DNA of 64,000 nt, taken from positions 608,001-672,000 of the forward strand of contig CAVWWD010000005.1 of NCBI GenBank assembly GCA_963758635.1. Direction: 5' to 3'. The notes under the pieces are model-generated. The model made no database searches. It saw only the letters and a program-made list of their open reading frames with translations, and had not been told where the DNA came from. The position numbers were made by a program, and so were the translations under genes. Below are positions 20,389 through 31,046 of the stretch, piece by piece (the first letter of the stretch is position 1; every line of letters begins with the position of its first letter). The DNA is from an uncultured Candidatus Rokubacteria bacterium. GTDB lineage: Bacteria; Methylomirabilota; Methylomirabilia; Rokubacteriales; CSP1-6.

Positions 20389-22186
20389 ATGGAAGAACGC
20401 GAAATCAGGACCCTGATCGATCACGTCAAGGCCGGCCGGCTGGGCCGGCGGCGATTCGTTCAGATGATGGTGGGGCTGGGACTCACCGCCCCGATGGCCA
20501 GCCAGATCCTCGCGAGCGCCGGCGTCGCCCAGGCGCAGACCCGGTCGACCTTCAACCCGACCAAGCGGGGCGGCGGTGGGGCGCTCAAGGTGCTCTGGTG
20601 GCAGGCCGCCACGCTGCTCAATCCCCACTTCGCGGTGGGCACCAAGGACCAGGACGGCTCGCGCATCTTCTACGAGCCGCTCGCCGCCTTCGATCCGGAC
20701 GGCAACCTCGTCCCGATCCTCGCCGCGGAGATCCCGAGCGCGGCCAACGGCGGCGTGGCGCGGGACGGCAAGTCCGTCACCTGGAAGCTCAAGCGCGGCG
20801 TCCAGTGGCACGACGGCAAGCCCTTCACCGCCGACGACGTCGTCTTCAACTGGGAGTACGCGGTGGATCCCGCCACCGCGGCGACCACGATCGGCACCTT
20901 CAGCGATGTCGAGCGCGTCGAGAAGGTGGACTCCCACACCGCCCGTGTCGTCTTCAAGCGGCCGGTGTCGTTCTGGGCTGAGCCGCTCACCGGCTCGACC
21001 GGGCAGGTCATCCCGAAACACCTCTTTGAAGGCTTCAAGGGCGGCAAGTCGCGCGAGGCGCCCACCAACCTCAAGCCGGTCGGCACCGGTCCGTACCGGT
21101 TCATCGATTTCAAGCCCGGCGACTCCATCCGGGCTGAGATCAACCCGAACTACCACGTGCCCAACCGGCCGTTCTTCGACACGCTCGAAATGAAGGGCGG
21201 CGGCGACTCGGTTTCCGCGACGCGTGCCGTCATCCAGACCGGCGAGTACGACTTCTGCTGGAACGTGCAGGTCGAGGACGAGATCCTCAAGCGGATGGAG
21301 CAGGGCGGCAAGGGGAGGATCGACATCGCCGAGGCCGGCAACATCGAGCACATCCAGGCCAACTTCACCGACCCGTGGAAGGAGGTGGACGGCGAGCGGT
21401 CGAGCCTGAAGACCACCCACCCGACGCTGTCCGATCCCGCGGTGCGACAGGCCCTCGGCCTCCTCGTGGACCGCGCGTCGATCCACGAGCAGATCTACGG
21501 GCGGCTCGGGCGGACGAGCGCCAACTTCCTGAACGCGCCCTCCCGCTTCTACTCGAAGAACACCAAGTGGGAGTTCAACGTCGACAAGGCTAACCAGATC
21601 CTGGACGCGGCGGGCTGGAAGCGCGGGGCCGACGGCATCCGCGCCAAGGACGGGCAGAAGCTCAAGTTCGTCTACCAGAGCTCGATCAACCAGCCGCGAC
21701 AGAAGACCCAGGCCATCGTCAAGCAGGCCGCCCAGAAGGCGGGCATCGACATCGAGATCAAGTCGGTGGTGGCCTCGCGTATTCTTTTCGTCCGACGTGG
21801 CCAATCCCGACACGTACACGAAGTTCTACACGGACATTCAGATGTACACGACGACCATGGGACGGCCCGATCCCGGCGTGTTCATGAACCAGTTCACCGC
21901 CGCCGAGATCGCTTCCAAGGACAACAAGTGGCAGGGCCGGAACATCACGCGCTGGAAGAACGACGAGTACGAGCGTGCCTACAAGGCCGCCGACGGCGAG
22001 ATGGACCCGGTCAAGCGTGCGGCCCACTTCATCAAGATGAACGACCTCGTGATCCAAAATGGCGTCGTCATCCCCGTGCTGTGGCGCATGGTGATCTCGG
22101 GCGTGTCCCACAAGCTCAAGAACACCGACATCTCCGGCTGGGACTCGAACTTCTGGAACCTGCGCAACTGGCACCGGGAAGCCTGA
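20389..22186 (+). CDS. peptide ABC transporter substrate-binding protein, copy 2 (frameshift near 21778)
   Basis: SBP family 5 motifs; C-terminus NPDTYTKFYTDIQMY...WNLRNWHREA lies in the shifted frame. Confidence 0.9.
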
Positions 22187-22234
22187 CGGAGGGACGCTGA
22201 CGAGGGGCCGGGCCGCCCCGGCCCCTCGCGTCAC

Positions 22235-23194
22235 ATGTCCAAGTACATCCTGCGGCAGCTCCTCAACCTGCTCCCGACCCTGCTCGGGATCAGCGTCATC
22301 CTCTTCACCATCCTCGCGCTGGCCCCCGGCGATCCCTTCGAGGAGCTCGCGACCAACCCGAACGTGCCGCCGGAGGTGCGGGCGAACCTGCGCGCGAAGT
22401 TCGGCCTCGACGATCCCCTGCCCATCCGGTACGCGCGCTGGTTCACGTCCATGATCCGCGGGGACTGGGGCTTCTCGTTCGTGAGCCGGGTCAACGTCGA
22501 CACCCTTATCCTGCAGCGCCTGCCCACCACGATCTTCCTCATCGGCTCGGCCCAGATCCTCGCCATCCTGATCGCGCTCCCGGTGGGCGTCTTATCGGCG
22601 GTGCGCCCGTACTCCATCTTCGACCAGATCGCGACCACGTTCGCGTTCGTCGGCTTCTCCCTGCCCACGTTCTTCACCGGGCTGCTCTTCATCCTGTTCT
22701 TCAGCATCTACCTGGACTGGCTGCCCTTCATCTACCGCGCCGACATCGACGCCAAGGGCTTCGCGTGGGCGTGGGCGGTGTTCAAGCAGGCGATCATGCC
22801 GGTGGCGGTGCTCGGGCTCGCCCAGGGCGCGTCGTGGACCCGCTACGTGCGCGCGTCCTGTCTCGAGGTGATCCGCCTCGATTACGTCAACACCGCGCGC
22901 TCGAAGGGCCTGTCCGAGCGGGTCACCATCGTCAAGCACGTGGTGCGCAACGCCCTCATCCCGGTGGTGACGCTGATCGGGCTCCAGATCCCCGCGCTCT
23001 TCGCGGGCGCCGTGGTCACCGAGCAGATCTTCCGCGTCCCGGGCATCGGCTCGCTCCTCATCAGCGCTATCCAGTCGAACGACACGCCGGTGATCATGGG
23101 CGTGGCGTTCGTGACCTCGTGCCTGGTCCTCGTCTTCAACCTGGTCATCGACGTGCTCTACGGCTGGCTCGACCCGCGGATCTCGTACCGCTGA
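22235..23194 (+). CDS. peptide ABC transporter permease (OppB/DppB-like)
   Basis: LAPGDP, DYVNTARSKGL EAA loop, KHVVRNALIP, WLDPRI. Confidence 0.95.
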   Translation: MSKYILRQLLNLLPTLLGISVILFTILALAPGDPFEELATNPNVPPEVRANLRAKFGLDDPLPIRYARWFTSMIRGDWGFSFVSRVNVDTLILQRLPTTIFLIGSAQILAILIALPVGVLSAVRPYSIFDQIATTFAFVGFSLPTFFTGLLFILFFSIYLDWLPFIYRADIDAKGFAWAWAVFKQAIMPVAVLGLAQGASWTRYVRASCLEVIRLDYVNTARSKGLSERVTIVKHVVRNALIPVVTLIGLQIPALFAGAVVTEQIFRVPGIGSLLISAIQSNDTPVIMGVAFVTSCLVLVFNLVIDVLYGWLDPRISYR

Positions 23195-24142
23195 TGGCCA
23201 CGCGGACCCTTCCCGGCCAGGTGCTGACCGCGGAGGACGTCGTCGGGCGCTCGCGCGCTCCCGTGTCCTTCTGGGCCGACGCGTGGCGGCGTTTCCGCCG
23301 CCACCGCCTCGCCGCCATGGGCGGGGCGATCCTCGCCGTGATGGTGCTGGCGGTGGTGGCGGGCCCGCTCGTCTACCGCGTGCCCATCAACGAGATCGAC
23401 TTCAAGCACAAGCTCAAGGGGCCGACGTGGCAGCACCCCTTCGGCACCGACGACCTCGGGCAGGATCTGCTCGCGCGCATGCTCTACGGGGGACGCATCT
23501 CGCTCGCGGTGGGCCTGGTCGCCATGCTCATCGCGATCATCGTGGGCACCATCATCGGGGCGGCGGCGGGATACGCGGGAGGGATCGTGGACCACGGCTT
23601 GATGCGCGTGACCGATCTCTTCCTCTCGCTGCCCCAGCTCCCGCTGCTGCTCCTCATCATCTATCTGTTCCGCGACGCCCTGAAGGGCGTCCTCGGCCCC
23701 GAGGCGGGCGTGTTCGTCCTCATCGTCGCCGTCATCGGCGGCTTCCGCTGGATGCCGGTGGCCCGGCTCGTCCGCGCCCAGTTCATGTCGCTGCGCGAGA
23801 AGGAGTTCGTGGAGGCCGCGCGCGGCCTCGGGCGCGCGCCCGATGCGCCAGATCGCCCGGCACATCCTCCCGAACTCGATGGGCCCGGTCATCGTCGCCG
23901 GGACCATCGACGTGGCGGCCTCGATCATCGCGGAGTCCACGCTGTCGTTCCTCGGGCTGGGCTTCCCGCCCGACATCCCCTCCTGGGGCCGGATCCTCTT
24001 CGACGCCAAGGACAACCTCGACTTCGCCCCGCACTGGGCCTTGTTCCCCGGCACCGCCATCTTCCTGACCGTGCTCAGCATCAGCTACCTCGGCGACGGC
24101 CTGCGCGACGCCCTCGACCCGCGCAAGGTCCTCTCGAAGTAG
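23194..24142 (+). CDS. peptide ABC transporter permease (OppC/DppC-like; frameshift near 23833)
   Basis: HPFGTDDLGQD, REKEFVEAARGLG, then RHILPN...ESTLSFLGLG...GDGLRDALDPR. Confidence 0.9.
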
Positions 24143-24164
24143 CCCGACGCGGCCGGAGCCCGCG

Positions 24165-25595
24165 GTGAGCGATCGCGATCTCTGCTTCACGCCCGCCACG
24201 GCCCTGGGCCGCCTCTTCCGGGCGCGGAAGACCTCCCCGCTCGAGGTCATGCAGGCCGTCCTCGCGCGCATCGACGCGGTCAATCCCGCGCTGAACGCCT
24301 ACGTGCACCCTCGCGCGCGACGCGGCGCTGGCCGGAGCGCGCCGGGCCACCGCCGCGCTCCGGCGCGGCGCCGCGCTCCCGCCGCTCCACGGCGTGCCGG
24401 TGTCGATCAAGGACCTCACCCCGACCAAGGGCATCCGCACGACGTGGGGTTCGAAGATCCACGAGCACGACGTGCCGGAAGAGGACGCGCTCATCGTCCA
24501 GCGCCTCAAGGCGGCGGGCGCCATCGTCGTGGGCAAGACCAACACGCCCGAGTTCGGCGCGGGCGGCAACACCTTCAACGCGGTGTTCGGACCGACGCGC
24601 AATCCCTGGAACCCCGCGTTCACGTGCGGGGGGTCGAGCGGCGGCGCCGCGGTGGCGCTCGCCACCGGCATGGGCCCGATCGCGGAGGGCTCGGACCTCG
24701 GCGGCTCGCTCCGGATGCCCGCGGCGTTCTGCGGCGTCGTCGGCTTCCGCACCACGCCGGGGCTCGTGCCGAAGCACCCGGTGGAGCTCGGCTGGGACTC
24801 GCTGTCCGTCACCGGGCCGATGGCGCGTACGGTGTCGGACGTGGCCCTCATGCTCTCCGTCGTGGCCGGCCCCGACGACCGCGCGCCGATCTCCTACGGC
24901 GTCGACACGCGCGAGTTCCCGCGGGCGGTGCGCGCGCCGTCGATCAAGGGCTGGCGCGTGGCGTGGACGCCCGACCTTGGCGGCCTCCTCCCCGTGGACG
25001 CCGACAACGTGCGGGCCGTCGAGGAGGCCACCCGGGTGCTGCGGGCCCTCGGCGCCCGCGTGGAGGCGGCGAGCCCCGACTTCTCCGAGGTCCACGAGAT
25101 CGTGCTCGCCAGCCGCGGCGTCACCATGGTGGCCATGCACGCCGACAAGCTCCCCGCTGGAAGCCCGAGATGCAGAAGGGGCTCGTGTGGAACATCGAGC
25201 AGGGCCTCTCGCTCGGCGTCCGCGACATCGCCCGCGCCGAGAAGCTCCGCACCCGGCTCTGGCAGCGCGTGCGCGCCTTCATGGAAGGCCACGAGCTCCT
25301 CGTCCTCCCCACGACCTCGGTGCCGCCGTTCCCCGTCGAGCAGCCCTACCCGACCGAGATCAACGGCAAGCCGCTCGAGACGTACATCCACTGGGCCTAC
25401 CTGACGTACGCGATCACGCTGACCGGTCTGCCCGCGATCTCCGTGCCCTGCGGCTTCACGCGTCAGGGTCTGCCCGTGGGTCTCCAGATCGTGGGTCGCC
25501 GGCGGCGCGAGGCGGACGTGCTGCGCGCCGCCGCCGCGTTCGAGGCGGCGGCCCCGTGGGCGCACCGCGTGCCCCCCGCCGTGTCCGCCGTCTAG
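24165..25595 (+). CDS. amidase signature family enzyme (frameshifts near 24306 and 25155)
   Basis: PVSIKD, GKTNTPEFG, GGSSGGAA, GSDLGGSLRMPA, GLPVGLQIVG spread across frames. Confidence 0.9.
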   Translation: MSDRDLCFTPATALGRLFRARKTSPLEVMQAVLARIDAVNPALNAYVHPRARRGAGRSAPGHRRAPARRRAPAAPRRAGVDQGPHPDQGHPHDVGFEDPRARRAGRGRAHRPAPQGGGRHRRGQDQHARVRRGRQHLQRGVRTDAQSLEPRVHVRGVERRRRGGARHRHGPDRGGLGPRRLAPDARGVLRRRRLPHHAGARAEAPGGARLGLAVRHRADGAYGVGRGPHALRRGRPRRPRADLLRRRHARVPAGGARAVDQGLARGVDARPWRPPPRGRRQRAGRRGGHPGAAGPRRPRGGGEPRLLRGPRDRARQPRRHHGGHARRQAPRWKPEMQKGLVWNIEQGLSLGVRDIARAEKLRTRLWQRVRAFMEGHELLVLPTTSVPPFPVEQPYPTEINGKPLETYIHWAYLTYAITLTGLPAISVPCGFTRQGLPVGLQIVGRRRREADVLRAAAAFEAAAPWAHRVPPAVSAV

Positions 25596-25677
25596 TGACC
25601 CTCGCAGAATACGGTAACGCCACGGGCCCCTACAGTCCCACCGCTCGGGATTAGTCTGGTGCGCGAGGCTCGTCTAG
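25592..25677 (+). repeat. Dispersed repeat family A (about 85 bp, MITE-like)
   Basis: CTAGTGACCCTCGCAGAA...GCCACGGGCCCCTACAGTCCCACCGCTCGG...GTCTGGTGCGCGAGGCTCGTCTAG. Confidence 0.85.
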
Positions 25678-25809
25678 CCCGCGCCCGATTCCGCCGACGT
25701 TGCGTCCCGGAAGAGGCTCGGGCACACTGCGCGTGATCCCCGCCGGTCCCGCCCAGCCTGAAGCCATGGGCCGGGCCGACGCGTCTCAACACGAAAGGAG
25801 AAACGAGAC

Positions 25810-26283
25810 ATGACGCCCAACATCGGCATCACCGACGACCATCGCGACGGAGCGCAGAAGATCCTCGAGACGCTCCTCGCCGACGAGTACGTGCTGTACA
25901 CGAAGACCCGCAACTATCACTGGAACGTGGTGGGCCCGCAGTTCAACGACCTGCACAAGTTCTTCGAGGCCCAGTACGACGCGCTGAACGAGGTCGTGGA
26001 CGAGGTGGCCGAGCGGGCGCGCACGCTCGGCGGGCACGCGATCGGCACCCTCGCCGAGTTCGTCAAGCAGGCGCGGCTCAAGGAGCACCCCGGACAGTAC
26101 CCCGACGCGCGCCAGATGATCGCCAACCTCGTGGCCGATCACGAGGCCGTGGTCCGCACCCTCCGCGGCGACCTCGCGACGGCCATGGAGAAGCTCGGCG
26201 ACGCGGGCACGAGCGACTTCCTCACCGGCCTGCTGGAGAAGCACGAAAAGATGGCCTGGATGCTCCGGTCATTCCTCGAATAG
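25810..26283 (+). CDS. dps: Dps DNA-protection/ferritin-like protein
   Basis: KTRNYHWNVVGPQFNDLHKFFE, DEVAER, HEKMAWML. Confidence 0.95.
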   Translation: MTPNIGITDDHRDGAQKILETLLADEYVLYTKTRNYHWNVVGPQFNDLHKFFEAQYDALNEVVDEVAERARTLGGHAIGTLAEFVKQARLKEHPGQYPDARQMIANLVADHEAVVRTLRGDLATAMEKLGDAGTSDFLTGLLEKHEKMAWMLRSFLE

Positions 26284-26295
26284 CCGACGCAGACG

Positions 26296-26802
26296 TTACG
26301 CCCGGGCGAGGCGGCGAAGGGGGGGGCCCGTGAGACGGGTAAGGATCCACTCCTTGCGGAACCCCGCCCCGAGCTTCTTGTAGAAGCGGATGGCGGGCGT
26401 GTTCCAGTCCAGCACCGCCCACTCGAGTCGACCGCACCCCTTCCGCACCGCGATGCGACCGAGCGCGCCGAGGAGTGCCCGCCCCGCGCCGCGACCGCGC
26501 TCCTCCGGCACCACGAACAGGTCCTCCAGGTAAAGCGTGGGTCGGCTCAGGAACGTGGAGTACGTGAAGAAGTAGAGCGCGAAGCCCACCGCTCGGCCGT
26601 CCCGCCGGCAGATCAGGGTGTGGAAGTACGGGCGCCGTCCGAAGCCGTGCCGCCGGAGCTGTGCCGGGGTGGCGTGGCACTCGCGGAGGAGACGCTCGTA
26701 CTCGGCGAGCCCGCGGATCAAGGCGAGGATCGTGGGCACGTCACGGACGGTGCCCACCCGGATGGTGAGGCCGGCGGACCGAGCGCGGCGCCGGGCCGGC
26801 AT
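26296..26802 (-). CDS. GNAT N-acetyltransferase (SSAT/diamine acetyltransferase-like)
   Basis: LIRGLAEYE, YFFTYSTF..LYLEDLFVVPEERGRGAG, EWAVLDWNTPAIRFY. Confidence 0.9.
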   Translation of the reverse strand: MPARRRARSAGLTIRVGTVRDVPTILALIRGLAEYERLLRECHATPAQLRRHGFGRRPYFHTLICRRDGRAVGFALYFFTYSTFLSRPTLYLEDLFVVPEERGRGAGRALLGALGRIAVRKGCGRLEWAVLDWNTPAIRFYKKLGAGFRKEWILTRLTGPPLRRLARA

Positions 26803-28127
26803 CAGGCGCCCGCCATCGCGAGCAGCATCTCCGTGTAGCTCCGCGCTCCCGCGCGCAGGTTCTCCAGCGAGATCCGCTCGTCGTTGCCGTGGATGCGGCC
26901 CGTCTCGCCCGCGTCGAGGATGAACGGGCTCCACCCGTAGGCGTGCATGCCCGCCCGGCGGAACACCCAGCTGTCGGTGAACGCGACGAGGATCTCCGGC
27001 GCCACCACCACGCCCGGGGCCCGCCGCTGGAGCGTGTCGGCGATGGCCTTGTACATCTCGGTGTCGGGCGGCGACATGTTCGGCTGCTTCGGCGTGCCGA
27101 CGATCTCCACGTCGACCGCGTCGTCGGCGATCACGTCCTTCACCCAGCGGCGGATCTCCTCGGGATCGTCGCCCGCGAGCATGCGGCAGTCGATCTGCGC
27201 CGCCGCCTCGGGCGGGATGACGTTGCTCTTCTCGCTGCCCTTGAGCATGGTGAGGGCGAACGTGGTCGCGACCATCGCGGCCCGGTGCCGGTGCGACAGG
27301 AAGCGCGCGCGGAAGGCGGGATCGCGGAGCGACCGCTCGAGGTCGTCGTACCCCGCGCCCTGCCCGTCGGGCAGGAGCGAGCCGAGCCGCGTGAAAAACT
27401 CCTGCGCCTCGGGCAGCACGCGCGGCGCGCGCTCGGCGGCGAGGAGCCGCGACAGCGCGCGCACGAGCCGGTTGGGCGCGGTGTCCGCCCACGGCATCGA
27501 CCCGTGCCCGGGCGCGCCGTGCGCGACGATCCGGAGGGGCAGCCCGGTCTTCTCGGAGATCTGGATGCCCCCGAAGGGCGCGCGGAGCTCCGGCCCCGTC
27601 TCGATGCAGCCCAGCTCGGACAGCGAGTACTCGGACCCGGCGATCCAGTCCGCGCGGTGGTCGGCCACCCACTGCGCGCCGTGGCGGCTGCCCGCCTCCT
27701 CGTCGGCCGTGGCCAGCAGCACCAGATCGCGCGTGAGCGGCACCCGGGCCCGCCTGATCGCGAGGACGGCCGCGAGCTGGAGGATGCCCGTCGACTTCAT
27801 GTCCAGCGCGCCCCGCCCGTAGAGGTAGCCGTCCTTGATGACGCCGCCGAAGGGATCCACGCTCCAGTACCGCCGGTCGGCGTAGACGACGTCGATGTGG
27901 TGATGCAGGACGATGGCGGGGAGCGATCCGTCGCCGCGGAGACGGGCCATCAGGTTGCCGCGCCCCGGCACGGCTTCCGCCGTCTCGCTCGGGATACCGT
28001 CCTGATCGAGCACGCCGGCGATGAAGCGCGTGCCCTCCGTCTCGTTGCCCGGAGGGTTCGTGGTGTCCAGCATCAGGTAGCGGCGGCACAGGTCCACCGT
28101 CTCCTCGCCGATCGCCCGCCAGTCCAT
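26802..28127 (-). CDS. M20/M25/M40 metallopeptidase
   Basis: HHIDVV, YGRGALDMK, ADEEAG, HGHGS-like HGAPGHGS, IHGNDER. Confidence 0.9.
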   Translation of the reverse strand: MDWRAIGEETVDLCRRYLMLDTTNPPGNETEGTRFIAGVLDQDGIPSETAEAVPGRGNLMARLRGDGSLPAIVLHHHIDVVYADRRYWSVDPFGGVIKDGYLYGRGALDMKSTGILQLAAVLAIRRARVPLTRDLVLLATADEEAGSRHGAQWVADHRADWIAGSEYSLSELGCIETGPELRAPFGGIQISEKTGLPLRIVAHGAPGHGSMPWADTAPNRLVRALSRLLAAERAPRVLPEAQEFFTRLGSLLPDGQGAGYDDLERSLRDPAFRARFLSHRHRAAMVATTFALTMLKGSEKSNVIPPEAAAQIDCRMLAGDDPEEIRRWVKDVIADDAVDVEIVGTPKQPNMSPPDTEMYKAIADTLQRRAPGVVVAPEILVAFTDSWVFRRAGMHAYGWSPFILDAGETGRIHGNDERISLENLRAGARSYTEMLLAMAGA

Positions 28128-28132
28128 GGCGC

Positions 28133-29427
28133 TCAGGCTCCCCCGGCCGGTCGCGCGACCGTCGTCCAGTAGTGCCCGGGTTGGGGCGCCTGGCGAGCCG
28201 GCGCTCGAGCCGCGGCGCCGCCTGCTCGACGAGGCCGGCGCGGAGCGTGGCGGCGAGGAGGGTGTCGTGGAACACCTCGCGCTGGGCGTGGCTGCCGCCG
28301 ATCTCGCTGATCCGGTCCTCGATGGGCGCGATGCGGGCCGCCGCCCCCGCGTGGTCCCCGCGCGCGAAGGCGTGGAGGCCCTCGAGGAGCGGCACCGCCA
28401 CCTCGGGCAGCGTGCGGTTCCGGCCTTTCTGCCCGCGCTGGCGCAAGCGCTCCAGTTGCCCCTCGGCGGCGGCCCAGTCCCCCGACGCGGCCAGGGCCAT
28501 GCCCACGTGCACGTCGTGGAAGAGGAGCAGCGCGAGGTCGGCGCGGGCCGCGGCGCGCGCCCCGACGTGCCCCCAGCGCCCCGGATCGGGCCGATCGAAG
28601 AGGTCCAGCCGCCAGGCGAGCGCGACCGCGTCGTGCAGGTCCGAGGCGATGTCGATGGGCAGCGCGGCGAACACGCTCCGGAACATGCGCTCGGCGTGCT
28701 CGTAGCGCCCGGCGGCCAGGTGCAGGAGCGCGATGTGCCAGGCGAGGTGGTTCCGGAAGTAGCCGAGCCGACGGCACGGCTGGACGCGCGGGGGCAGGAT
28801 CTCCACGCCGCGGTCGTTGTCGCCCGTCTCGTACAGCACGTGCGCGAGGGCGTGGACGGCCCACGCGTCCTCGGGGTTCAGCGCGATGGCGCGGTCGGCG
28901 AGCGGCCGGGCCTCGGCGAAGCGCCGGTTCTCCTCGAGGGCGAAGGCGTGAAGCCCCAGGACGAACGAGTCGCCGTCGAAGGCATCCACGATCGAGCTGG
29001 TCAGCGCCAGCATGTCCGCGGAGCGGCCCTGCCAGAACTGGAAGAAGAAGAGCCGCTGGGCGAGCAGCAGCTCGCGCGGCCTGTCCTTGAGGATCTCGGC
29101 GATGAGGGCGCCCGACTCCGGCACCCGTCCCGCCAGCATGAGGTCGAGGGCCTCGACGTGCTGCCGCTCGCGCGCGGGCAGCGCCGCCGCGCGGGCCTTC
29201 GCCTCGCCGATCGCCGCGCGCGCCTCGGCCGGGCGCTCGTCCAGGAACAGCGCGAGCGCGTGACCGGCGCGCGCGAGCGCGAAGTCCGGATCCGCTTCGG
29301 TGGCGGCGCGGAACGCCGCGGCGGTCCCGGCGTCGAAGGACAGGAGGCCGCGCACCCCGGCGTCGTAGTGGTCGAGCGCGGCGCGCGACGAGGTGGACAC
29401 GGGCAGTCCGTAGAGGTCGGCGGGCAT
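28133..29427 (-). CDS. TTC38-like tetratricopeptide repeat protein (frameshift near 28176)
   Basis: AFALEE, DAWAVHALAHV, HLAWHIAL, IGGSHAQREVF; the 1046-aa ORF in the track is a frameshift artefact. Confidence 0.8.
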
Positions 29428-29491
29428 GACGGGCATCCTAGCAGCCGCGCGCCGCGGTGTCGATCGCCGCGCCGCGCGGCCGGTGGAGGAT

Positions 29492-30502
29492 CTATCCGCG
29501 CGGCGCCCGCCGCGCCGCCACGGCCGCTCCGGCGCCGGTGACCTCCCGCAGGAACCCCACGGCTCGTCGCTCCGCCCACGAGCGGCGGCCGCCCGGCCCC
29601 TCGATGAACCCCGCGTGCCCCCCCTGGCTCACGAACTCCGCGCGGAGCCACGGCGAGCCCGCGACCTCGGCGCGGGGCAGCGAGTGGGCGGGGACGAACG
29701 GATCGTTCTCCGCGTTGACGAGCAGGCAGGGACGCCTGATCCGCGCCAGGAACGACCGGCTGCTCGAGCGGGCCCAGTAGTCGCGCTCGTCCTCGAAGCC
29801 GTGGAGCGGCGCGGTGAGCGCGCGGTCGTACTCGGCGAACGTGCGGGCCCGGAGCGCGCCCGACAGGTCCACGCGCGACGCGAGCTGTCCGGCCTTCGCC
29901 CGCACCTTCGCCTTCATGGCGCGAAGGAAGTGGGCGGTGTAGAGGGAGCGCGCGAGGCCGCGGTCGAGGACGGCCGCGCACGCGGCCAGGTCGAACGGCG
30001 TGGAGATGGCGACGGCCCCGCGCACCTGGGCGGGCGCGCGGTCCCCCAGCTCGCCGAGCCACTTCAGGACCACGTTGGCGCCAAGCGAGACGCCGACGAG
30101 GGCGAGCGGGATCCCGGCATCACGCTCGACGAGACCCTTCACGAGCCAGTCGAGGTCCGAGGTCTCTCCCGAATGGTAGAGGCGCGGCTGACGGTTCAGC
30201 TCGCCGCCGCACGAGCGGAAGTTGAGGACGACGCCCCGCCAGCCGAGCGCGCGGATCTCGTCCAGGAGCCCGAGGACGTAGTGGGAGCGGGAGCTTCCCT
30301 CCAGCCCGTGCAGGACGACCACGAGCGGGCCGTGGCCCGCCTCGAGCCAGTCGAGGTCCACGAAGTCGCCGTCGGGCGTGTCCCGGCGCTCGCGTCTCAG
30401 CGGAACGTTCGGGGTGCGGCGGAGGAGCGGCCCCCAGAGGGTCTGGGCGTGCCGCCCGCGGAGCCACCACGGTGGTCGGTAGGTGGGCTCCGCGGGCGTC
30501 AC
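29492..30502 (-). CDS. YheT-family alpha/beta hydrolase
   Basis: PDGDFVDLDW, HGLEGSSRSHY, GVSLGANV, GGHAGF. Confidence 0.9.
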   Translation of the reverse strand: MTPAEPTYRPPWWLRGRHAQTLWGPLLRRTPNVPLRRERRDTPDGDFVDLDWLEAGHGPLVVVLHGLEGSSRSHYVLGLLDEIRALGWRGVVLNFRSCGGELNRQPRLYHSGETSDLDWLVKGLVERDAGIPLALVGVSLGANVVLKWLGELGDRAPAQVRGAVAISTPFDLAACAAVLDRGLARSLYTAHFLRAMKAKVRAKAGQLASRVDLSGALRARTFAEYDRALTAPLHGFEDERDYWARSSSRSFLARIRRPCLLVNAENDPFVPAHSLPRAEVAGSPWLRAEFVSQGGHAGFIEGPGGRRSWAERRAVGFLREVTGAGAAVAARRAPRG

Positions 30503-30512
30503 GCCCCCCGAG

Positions 30513-31046
30513 CTACTCCTGACCCTGGAGGATGAGCTTCACGACCTCCGGCACGATGGCGCGGGCCCGCTGGTCGAGCTCGGCCTCGGTGAGGTTGGCG
30601 ATGGGATGGGGCATCGCGAGGTACTTGTAGTTCGGCACGCCCCACGCCTGGGCCATGGCGCGGCCGGTCGACTCGAACACGTCGGTGATGATGGACGCCG
30701 CGGGGATGCCGACCTTCTCGAACACGATTCCGTCGAGCACACTGCCCGACGAGCACGACCCTCAGTCGCCGACGCCGGCCACCACCACGTCGACGCCGCG
30801 CCGCGCCTCGTCGATGATCTCGTCGTGGGCGGGCACGCCCGCGTTCTTCTTGCGCCACATCTTGGTCTCCGCCGCCCCGTACTCCGAGACGAGGAGCGCT
30901 CCGATCTTCTGGAGCAGCTTGTCGGAGTTGTACTTGGTGTTCTCGACCAGCCCGATCCGCTTGCCGGCCAGCGAGTCCGGCCGGGCCACGTAGGTCAGCG
31001 GCTGCTGGCGCGCATCGACGGTCGGATCCAGGATCTCCATGCTCAT
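30513..31046 (-). CDS. UGSC-family selenoprotein (Sec at TGA 30762-30764)
   Basis: ...VVVAGVGD-TGA-GSCSSGSVLDGIVFEKVGIPAA... stays in frame; hairpin CGUCGGGCA-GUG-UGCUCGACG begins 11 nt after UGA. Confidence 0.9.

Noticed and set aside
26296..29436. 1046-aa ORF as a TPR-GNAT fusion
   Set aside because: Produced by a 1-nt indel near 28176; its middle is off-frame over the M20 peptidase gene
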